64,000 bases of DNA from Myxococcales bacterium (lineage in GTDB: Bacteria > Myxococcota_A > Polyangia > Polyangiales > Polyangiaceae): contig JAEUKE010000200.1 in NCBI GenBank assembly GCA_016794345.1, positions 99,037 to 163,036 of the forward strand, read 5' to 3'. Shown here piece after piece: positions 25,954 to 35,084 of this stretch (the stretch's first letter is position 1; each line of letters opens with the position of its first letter). The position numbers were made by a program, and so were the translations under genes. The notes beneath the pieces are model-generated. The model ran no database searches, was not told the DNA's origin, and worked only from the letters and a program-made list of their open reading frames with translations.

Positions 25954-27411
25954 TCAGCTTGATCGAGGGGGGGCCGCCTCGCGCAGCTCGGCGCCGACCG
26001 AGAGCACCGCGTCGACGAGCGCTTCCACGTCCTTCTCGCGCGTCCGGTGGTTGAAGACCGCGGCGCGCAGCGCGAGCGCGCCGCCCACCGTGGTCGTCGA
26101 CGGCGCGGCGAGACCGCGCTCGTGGAGCGTGATGGCGACGCGCCGGTTGAGCTCGTCGCCGTCTTCACCCTGCGCCGGACGAACGCGGAAGCAGACGATG
26201 TTGAGCTCGACCGGCGCCAGGAGCTCGAGCGCCGGCTCGGCGCCGATCCGCGCCGCCAGGTGACGGGCGAGCGCGCAGGTCCGGTCGATCGCCGCGCCCA
26301 ACCGATCCGCCCCCAGCGACTTGAAGGCCAGCCAGACCTTGAGCGCCTTGAAGCCACGCGACAGGTCCAGGCAGAGATCGGTGGGCCACGTCTCGCCCGC
26401 CGCGATGCCTCGCGCCTCGCGCCTCAGGTACGCGGCCGGGCTCGCGAACGCGGCCTTGTGAGCGACACCGTCGCGCACGAGCAGGAAGCCCGCTTCGTAT
26501 TGGAGCTGCGTCCATTTGTGGAAGTCGAACGCGATCGAGTCCACGGACGAGAGCGCGCGTAGGCGCGGCGCGAGCGCCGGCGAGAGCATGCCCATCGCGG
26601 CGTAGGCCGCGTCGGCGTGGAGCCAGAGCCGCTCGCGCGCCGCGAGCGCGCCGAGCGCCTCGAGATCGTCGACGGCGCCCGTGTCGACCGAGCCGACCGT
26701 CGCAGCGACGAAAAACGGCTCGAGGCCGGCGGCGCGATCCTCGGCGATCGTGCGCTCGAGCGCAGCGACGTCCAGGCGTCCGCGCGTGTCCGTCCGGATC
26801 CGCCGGAGCGCGCCCTCGCCCAGGCCGGCCGCGTCGAACGCCCGGGGGACGCAGCCATGGACCGCCGACGATGCGTAGCCACGAAGCGCGAGCCCGCGTG
26901 ATCCCAGCCCGCTTTGCCTCACCGCGAGCCCGGCCGCGGCGCGCGACGCGATGAGGACCGCGAGGAGGTTCGCCTGGGAGGTGCCCGTCACGAAGACGCC
27001 CGAGGCGCCCTCGGGAAACCCGAAGAGCTCGCGCATCCAGCCCACCACCTCGGCCTCCACCGCGACCGCCGCGTGGTCCCGACCACCGCAGTTCGCGTCG
27101 AGCCCCGCCTCGAGGATCGCCGCGAGCACGCCGACGCCGAGGCCCCCGCCTTGCACCCAGCCGAAGAAACGCGGGTGCGTGTTGCCGCTGTGGTAGGGGA
27201 CGACGAGCTCGCGTGCGTCGTCGAGGGCGCGTGCGAGGTCCGTGCCGTGCCGAGGCAACGTGGTTCGCAGTCGCGCGCGAGCCTCCGGAGGCATGGCGCG
27301 CCAGACGGGCCCCTCCGCGAGACCGGCGAGGTGATCGACCATCTCGTCGACCAGGCGGTGGCCTTCTGCGCGGATGGTCTCCCAATCGTCGAGGTCTCGG
27401 CTGTCGGTCAT
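25954..27411 (-). CDS. Group II PLP-dependent (aromatic amino acid/DOPA-type) decarboxylase
   Basis: YHSGNTHPRFFGWVQGG, GTSQANL, SIAFDFHKW (PLP lysine context). Confidence 0.93.
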   Translation of the reverse strand: MTDSRDLDDWETIRAEGHRLVDEMVDHLAGLAEGPVWRAMPPEARARLRTTLPRHGTDLARALDDARELVVPYHSGNTHPRFFGWVQGGGLGVGVLAAILEAGLDANCGGRDHAAVAVEAEVVGWMRELFGFPEGASGVFVTGTSQANLLAVLIASRAAAGLAVRQSGLGSRGLALRGYASSAVHGCVPRAFDAAGLGEGALRRIRTDTRGRLDVAALERTIAEDRAAGLEPFFVAATVGSVDTGAVDDLEALGALAARERLWLHADAAYAAMGMLSPALAPRLRALSSVDSIAFDFHKWTQLQYEAGFLLVRDGVAHKAAFASPAAYLRREARGIAAGETWPTDLCLDLSRGFKALKVWLAFKSLGADRLGAAIDRTCALARHLAARIGAEPALELLAPVELNIVCFRVRPAQGEDGDELNRRVAITLHERGLAAPSTTTVGGALALRAAVFNHRTREKDVEALVDAVLSVGAELREAAPPRSS

Positions 27412-27450
27412 GCGGGCACGTCTCCGCCGGGAGGCTTGCCACGCATCCGC

Positions 27451-28563
27451 TCACCCGGAAAGGCGATCGCTCTCGCCCGTGCCTCGCCGGTCGAAGGTCA
27501 TCGTGGTGGAGCGGTACGGCCTCGCGATCTTCGTGCTCTCGACGAAGCCCAGGCGCTCGTAGAACCGCACCGCGTCGCGTGTCCCGAGATGAACGAGGCG
27601 CGCGCGCCGGATCGCCGGATGGTCGAGGAGCAGGCGCATCAGCGCCGTGCCGGCGCCGGACCCGCGCCAGCCAGGCGCCACGATGACGTCGTACACCCAG
27701 GCGTGTTTCACGCCGTCCGATATCGCCCGCGCGCTCGCGACCACCTCGCCGGCGGCGTCGCGCAGGACGACAAACGCCTGAGAGCCGATCTGCGCCTCGG
27801 TCAGCGCTCGCTCGTCGAACCGATCGTTCCAGTAGGTGCCCGCAAGCAGCCGCGCCGATGCGGCCGCGTCCTCTGGCGACGGAGCCAGGCAGAACCGACT
27901 CCCGCGGGGGCCCGCGAGGAGAGGAGGCGGAGGGTCCTCGGCGCTCGCCGCGAGGATCGCCTCGATCGCGCGACAGTCCCCCGGCTCACCCCGACGGAAC
28001 AGGGCCTCGACGATCTTCGCTCGCTCGGCGGGGCGCTTGTGCTGGCAGAGCTTGGCCTTGCCGTCGACCCGATCGAGCGACAGACGCCCCACGAAGAGCC
28101 CCGCGATCGCCTTCTGGTAGAGCGGCGAGCCTGCCGCGAGCGGCGCGTATCCGCCCTCCGGCTGCAGCTTCTCCATCAGCCTTCGGAGCGCGCTCGCCTT
28201 GCGCTCGGGGTCGGTGACCTCCTCGATCACCCCGTGTGCTTGCGCGCTGCGGTAGAGCGTGGTGGCGGGACACGCGCGCTCCGGATCGGTGAAGTAGCTC
28301 GGGATCTGGGCGACCACCTCCACGGCGGTGACGACGGCCGGCCGGCCCACGACCTCGAGCTTCTCTCCGACCGGAGCCGCGTGGAAGAAGAGGGCGCCCT
28401 CGTCGACGACGGCGTGGAGCGTCTTGAGGACCGGCGCCCCGCCGGGCGTCGTGGACGCGAGGTGGACGTGGTGGGCGGCCGCGAAGAGGGCGACCGCTTC
28501 TTCGGTCGGCCTTCGAAAGACGGGGCGTCGCATGCCGAGGAGCTTGCCGCCCATCTGGTCCAC
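27451..28563 (-). CDS. Fusion of pyridoxamine-5'-phosphate-oxidase-like (FMN split-barrel) domain and GNAT N-acetyltransferase
   Basis: N-terminus AAHHVHLASTTPGGAPVLKTLHAVVDEGALFFHAAPVGEK. C-terminus VIVAPGWRGSGAGTALMRLLL...AVRFYERLGF (GNAT motif A). Alternative ATG at 28533. Confidence 0.85.
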   Translation of the reverse strand: MDQMGGKLLGMRRPVFRRPTEEAVALFAAAHHVHLASTTPGGAPVLKTLHAVVDEGALFFHAAPVGEKLEVVGRPAVVTAVEVVAQIPSYFTDPERACPATTLYRSAQAHGVIEEVTDPERKASALRRLMEKLQPEGGYAPLAAGSPLYQKAIAGLFVGRLSLDRVDGKAKLCQHKRPAERAKIVEALFRRGEPGDCRAIEAILAASAEDPPPPLLAGPRGSRFCLAPSPEDAAASARLLAGTYWNDRFDERALTEAQIGSQAFVVLRDAAGEVVASARAISDGVKHAWVYDVIVAPGWRGSGAGTALMRLLLDHPAIRRARLVHLGTRDAVRFYERLGFVESTKIARPYRSTTMTFDRRGTGESDRLSG

Positions 28564-28601
28564 CAGAAAGATCCAGTTTGAATCATCTCACTAGACCAGT
28601 T
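28563..28601. promoter_or_regulatory. Three CCAG(T/A) half-sites in the AT-richer divergent promoter region (candidate MocR operator)
   Basis: CCAGAA at 28563, CCAGTT at 28573 and CCAGTT at 28596, with spacings of 10 and 23 bp. Function is inferred only. Confidence 0.25.
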
Positions 28602-28618
28602 GTGCTACCTGTTCCCTC

Positions 28619-30064
28619 GTGGACCGCTGGACGCTCGCGCTCGACCCGGGGGACGAGCCGATGTTCCTCCGCATCGCCCGATCCATCGCGCGGGACATCG
28701 GACGCGGTCGGCTCAAGCCAGGAGCGCCGCTTCCAGGCTCGAGGACGTTCGCCGAGACGCTCGGGGTCCACCGCAACACGGTGCTCGCGGCCTACCGGGA
28801 GCTCGAAGCCGAGGGCTACACGGAGTCGCTGCCCGCTCGCCAGACGCGGGTCCGAGCGGACCTCCCACCGCGCCCGCCGCGACGCACGTCGGGCGGCCCT
28901 TCACCCGACCCGGATCGCGTCGGGTTCTCGCTCACGCCCGTCCCGGTCGACGTCGTCGCGTCGCCGCCGCCCGCCGGCAGCATCGCGTTGCTCGGCGGAT
29001 TGCCGGACCTCCGCGAGCTGCCCACGAAGGCGCTCGCCCGTGCCTACCGGCGCGCCGCGAACAGGCGCGGCGCGCCGCTCTTCGGCTACGGAGACCCACG
29101 TGGAGAGGAGGCGCTCCGGCGCGCGCTGGCCTCGGTCCTCGCGAGCGCGAGGGGGCTCTCGATCGATCACGAGGACATCCTGGTCACGCGCGGGAGCCAG
29201 ATGGCGCTCTTTCTGGCGGCGCGCGCGCTCCTCTCCCCGGGCGACGTCGTCCTCGTCGAAGCGCTCGGTTACCGCCCCGCGTGGGAGGCGCTCCGCGCGG
29301 CGGGCGCCGTCCTCGAGCCCGTCCCGGTCGACCGCGGCGGCATCTCCGTCGCCGCGGTCCGCGCCCGGTGCGAGCGCGGAGGCGTTCGCGCGGTCTACGT
29401 CACCCCCCACCACCAGTACCCGACCACCGTCCTCCTCTCCTCCGCCCGGCGCCTCGAGCTCCTCGGGATCGCGAAGGAGCATCGGATCGCCGTGCTGGAG
29501 GACGACTACGATCACGAGTTCCACTACGACGGGCGGCCCGTCTTGCCGCTCAAGAGCGCGGACCAGGCGGGCTCGGTCGTGTATTTCGGCACGCTCTCGA
29601 AGATCCTGGCGCCCGCGCTCCGCCTCGGCTTCTTGATCGGACCGCGTCCCCTCCTCGCTCGCGCGACGGCACACCGGGCGATCGTCGACAGGCAAGGCGA
29701 CCGGGTGCTCGAGCACGCGCTCGCCGACTTCATCGAGGAGGGCTCGCTGCTGCGTCACGCGCGGCGCATGCGGCGCCTCTACCAGGTCCGGCGCGGCGCC
29801 CTCGTCTCGGCGCTGGAGGCCCACCTGGCATCGCGTGTCGTCTTCACGCTCCCGGTGGGCGGCATGGCCGTCTGGGCGGAGCTGCCCGGCATCGACGTCG
29901 ACGACTGGGCCGCGCGCTGCGAGCAGCGCGGCGTGGTCTTCCAAACAGCCAGGCGCTTCACCTTCGACGGCAAGAAGCGGCCCTTCGTGCGGCTCGGCTT
30001 CGCGGGCGAGACCGAGGCGCGGATCCACCGCGCGGTGGAGCTCATGGCAAGGGCGCTGCGCTGA
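28619..30064 (+). CDS. MocR/GabR/PdxR-type GntR-family regulator with aminotransferase-like PLP domain
   Basis: wHTH: LPGSRTFAETLGVHRNTVLAAYRELEAEGY. Fold-type I domain with FGTLSKILAPALRLGF (PLP Lys). Confidence 0.92.
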   Translation: MDRWTLALDPGDEPMFLRIARSIARDIGRGRLKPGAPLPGSRTFAETLGVHRNTVLAAYRELEAEGYTESLPARQTRVRADLPPRPPRRTSGGPSPDPDRVGFSLTPVPVDVVASPPPAGSIALLGGLPDLRELPTKALARAYRRAANRRGAPLFGYGDPRGEEALRRALASVLASARGLSIDHEDILVTRGSQMALFLAARALLSPGDVVLVEALGYRPAWEALRAAGAVLEPVPVDRGGISVAAVRARCERGGVRAVYVTPHHQYPTTVLLSSARRLELLGIAKEHRIAVLEDDYDHEFHYDGRPVLPLKSADQAGSVVYFGTLSKILAPALRLGFLIGPRPLLARATAHRAIVDRQGDRVLEHALADFIEEGSLLRHARRMRRLYQVRRGALVSALEAHLASRVVFTLPVGGMAVWAELPGIDVDDWAARCEQRGVVFQTARRFTFDGKKRPFVRLGFAGETEARIHRAVELMARALR

Positions 30065-30075
30065 CGCGTGGCCCG

Positions 30076-31470
30076 TCAGCGCTTCATGCTCGCGGCGTAG
30101 TAGTCGAGGATGCTGCTCTTGCAGAGCGTCGAGAAGAACGACGAGAAGCTCAGCCACACGGCGAGGCCGTTCATGTCCTCGAAGATCATCGGCATGAACG
30201 TGGGCGGCTTGACGATGCCGTCGCTGACGTGCCGGAACAGGACGGGGACGTCTTCGTGGGCCACCTTGCCCACGAACAAAAACGGGATGAGCTCCGCCCG
30301 ATCGTGCTGAATGGCCGCGAGCATGAAGGCCTGGTTGAGCACGATGCCCGCGCAATAACAGGCGTCCTTCGTGAAGGGCGCGCCGCCCTCCATCAAGCCG
30401 CCACGGAAGATGCGCATCGTGTTCTGGAAGCACTCGTCTTCTTCGTAGCCCTCCGTCCGGTACCACTCGAAGACGTCGAGGAAGCTCGCGCCGTCCTCCG
30501 CCTTGTCGACCGCGAGCACGCGGTCGTTCAGCTTCTTCGCGCGGCGGGGCGTGCTTCGAAACGTGAGGATCTCCACCAGGGCCGCCAAGCCCTCTTGCAC
30601 CGCGGCGGTGCGCGGCGGGCCCTTCGCGAGCCAACGCGCGACCGGCTGCTCGGCGCCGTTGAGGCTCGTGGCCAGGTGGACCCAGCCCTCGTGCGCCTCG
30701 AGGATGTCGAGATCGCTCCGGGAGAAGGTGGCACCGGAGCGGATCTTCACGTAGTCGCTCCCCGCCGCCGCGTCGGCGACGAGCGTGTCGTCTACCTGCA
30801 CGCGCACGGCGGTCTCGCCGAAAAATCGACCCAGCCGCTCGTTGAGGACGAGCGCGGCGGTCTGTGCGTCGATGTCGCGCCGCTGCGGCTCACCGAGGCG
30901 CTCACACGCGATGCTCGTCAGCTGCTCGTACAGCGAGAGGGCCATGCTGCGGACCGTGGTCTTGCCATCCGGCAACACGTCCTTCGCGGACCCGTAGAGG
31001 CGCCTGGACTGATCGTAGAAGCGCTTCGTGCCGCGCGACTCGAGCATGACGACGACGCGCTGGAAGTCCTCCACCGAGTCCTTGAGGATTCGTGCGAGCT
31101 CGTCCTTCTGTCCGAGCTCCTTGTCGATGTCCTTCGCCAGCTCGACCAGCTCCGCCTTCTTCGCCTCGGGGTCGAAGCCGAGGTCGGCGTCGTACTCGAT
31201 CGACGGAAGCTCGCGGGCGCGCGACTTCAGGAACGACTCCTCCGCCGCCTGCGGCCACCTGAGCGCGTTCAGGATCCGGATGGGGCGCTGGGCGTCGAGC
31301 AGGCGCTGCGCGAGCCGGGCGAGCACCTCCTTGTAGGAGCGCCACGGGCCGGGCTTCTCCTCCGCCTCGGCTCGCTTGGCCGGCTGAACCAGCGTGGGCC
31401 GAGCGGGGGCCTCGTCGTTCGGGGTGCCGTCTTCCGTCTTTTCACGGGCGGCGTCGGCGCGGGGCGGCAT
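30076..31470 (-). CDS. DUF1704 / QEGLA-motif protein (MATCAP-like putative metallocarboxypeptidase)
   Basis: AAVQEGLAALVE motif and an upstream HEGWVH (HExxxH). Confidence 0.88.
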   Translation of the reverse strand: MPPRADAAREKTEDGTPNDEAPARPTLVQPAKRAEAEEKPGPWRSYKEVLARLAQRLLDAQRPIRILNALRWPQAAEESFLKSRARELPSIEYDADLGFDPEAKKAELVELAKDIDKELGQKDELARILKDSVEDFQRVVVMLESRGTKRFYDQSRRLYGSAKDVLPDGKTTVRSMALSLYEQLTSIACERLGEPQRRDIDAQTAALVLNERLGRFFGETAVRVQVDDTLVADAAAGSDYVKIRSGATFSRSDLDILEAHEGWVHLATSLNGAEQPVARWLAKGPPRTAAVQEGLAALVEILTFRSTPRRAKKLNDRVLAVDKAEDGASFLDVFEWYRTEGYEEDECFQNTMRIFRGGLMEGGAPFTKDACYCAGIVLNQAFMLAAIQHDRAELIPFLFVGKVAHEDVPVLFRHVSDGIVKPPTFMPMIFEDMNGLAVWLSFSSFFSTLCKSSILDYYAASMKR

Positions 31471-31539
31471 GGGTCTTTGGTATCACAATCTCCCGAGCTT
31501 GCTTGGACCCGGTCTTAGCGGTACGAGCCTCTTTCTCAA

Positions 31540-33957
<2,418 letters not shown>

Positions 33958-33974
<17 letters not shown>

Positions 33975-34354
33975 GCCCGCGGCCTGGCGCCGGGCCACGA
34001 GGCAACGTGAAGTGGAAGCTCGTCAGGCCGGGACGGCCCTCGACCCAGATCCGTCCGCCGTGTGCCTCCACGATCTGGCGGGCGATGTAGAGCCCGAGGC
34101 CGAGCCCCGGGGAACCGGGGAACCAACCCACCGAGGGTCGCCTCCACCGCGGCGGTCGCGAGGTGCTCGTCGGCGACACCGAGCGATCGCTCCTCCCACC
34201 TGCGGCCGATCTCCCGGAGCGCCGGCGTGACGACATCCTCGAAGAGGTAACAGGCGCCGCGACGCTCGAAGATCTCGACACCGAACCGCAACACTTCGTG
34301 TCGGGTCCCCGCCGTGAGCAAATCCACGAGGAGCAGATCTTCGGTCTTGCCCAT
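33958..34354 (-). pseudogene. Gene remnant: cobalamin-binding-domain helical cap (B12-binding_2-like) frame-shifted onto the last ~45 codons of a histidine-kinase ATPase domain
   Basis: The frame from ATG 34354 reads [39 protein letters not shown] different frame continues [29 protein letters not shown] to the stop at 33958. HisKA, N-box, G1 and the Rossmann part are all absent. Confidence 0.45.
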
Positions 34355-34412
34355 AGGTGTTCCCCCGAGTGGAGCTGCAATGCGCAGACCCGAGCAGCCC
34401 CTCCCCGCGGAG

Positions 34413-34442
34413 GCTCCGCACCTGCGGCTGTTGCTCCGCACC
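34413..34442 (+). promoter_or_regulatory. Two copies of GCTCCGCACC spaced exactly 20 bp (candidate activator-binding sites)
   Basis: Copies at 34413-34422 and 34433-34442, lying 32-61 bp upstream of the -24 element. Confidence 0.3.
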
Positions 34443-34473
34443 CGAGTCTAGCTGGTTTCCTCGGGTTTGGGAG

Positions 34474-34489
34474 TGGCACCCCGCTTGCT
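34474..34489 (+). promoter_or_regulatory. Sigma-54 promoter, perfect -24/-12 consensus
   Basis: TGGCAC CCCGC TTGCT read directly. Lies 53 nt upstream of the ATG at 34542, which has AAGGAGG 6 nt before it. Confidence 0.7.
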
Positions 34490-34541
34490 CTACCGCTCAC
34501 CGTGGCCGGCCGACACAGCCGGTCCTTCAAGGAGGCATGAC

Positions 34542-35021
34542 ATGGTTGCTCGTTCGTTCGTCACGTCGGTTCTCGCGGCTCTGCTCCTCGGCTCGGTCCC
34601 TGCTGTGGCCATCGCCAGCGGCTCCGAGAGCGCGGGCGACGAGAGCGCCGTCGCCCAAGCGAAGGAAGGCGCCAAGGGCAAGAGCAAGGGCAAAGACGCC
34701 GAGAAACACTTCCCGATGAAGTCCGACGAGTTCTCGCGCCGCATCGAGAACCGCATCGCGAAGATGCGCGAGAGGGTCGCGGCGATGCTCGAGAAGCGCA
34801 AGGTCAGCGAAGCGGAGCGCACGGCCGCGCTGAAGCGCTTCGACGAGGGCGCGGGCCGCGTCCGTGGGGCCGCGACCGAGGCGGGGAAGGACGGCACCGT
34901 CACGCTCGACGAGGCGAAGCATGTCCGCGAGATCGCGAAGGACGAGCGCAAGGCGATGAGGAAAGAGGTCGCCGAGCACCGCAAGGACAAGAAGGGCAAC
35001 AAGAAGGGCAAGAAGGCCTGA
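34542..35021 (+). CDS. Small secreted Lys/Glu-rich helical protein (159 aa)
   Basis: Strong RBS and signal peptide [27 protein letters not shown]. The mature part is charged and helical with a [10 protein letters not shown] tail. Confidence 0.8.
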   Translation: MVARSFVTSVLAALLLGSVPAVAIASGSESAGDESAVAQAKEGAKGKSKGKDAEKHFPMKSDEFSRRIENRIAKMRERVAAMLEKRKVSEAERTAALKRFDEGAGRVRGAATEAGKDGTVTLDEAKHVREIAKDERKAMRKEVAEHRKDKKGNKKGKKA

Positions 35022-35084
35022 GCCGCCCTCGGCCACACACACCGCGCCCCCTTCCACGAGCTGGAGAGGGGGCGCGTCTTCTCG

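Noticed and set aside
31471-31539. Sigma-54-like TGG...GC strings in the QEGLA/MoxR divergent region (TGGTATCACAAT, TGGACCCGGTCTTAGC)
   Set aside because: The GG-to-GC spacing is wrong by one or more nucleotides, or the GC element is absent.
34109-34128. The 8-bp tandem duplication GGGGAACC x2 as the simple cause of the frameshift in the gene remnant
   Set aside because: Removing one copy puts the reading frame into the third frame, not the HATPase-tail frame. It would also not restore the hundreds of missing codons. It is noted as a junction feature only.
34537-34719. An alternative ATG at 34537 in another frame ([11 protein letters not shown]...)
   Set aside because: The product is Arg/Ser/Pro-rich junk. 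The 34542 frame gives a canonical signal peptide and better RBS spacing.
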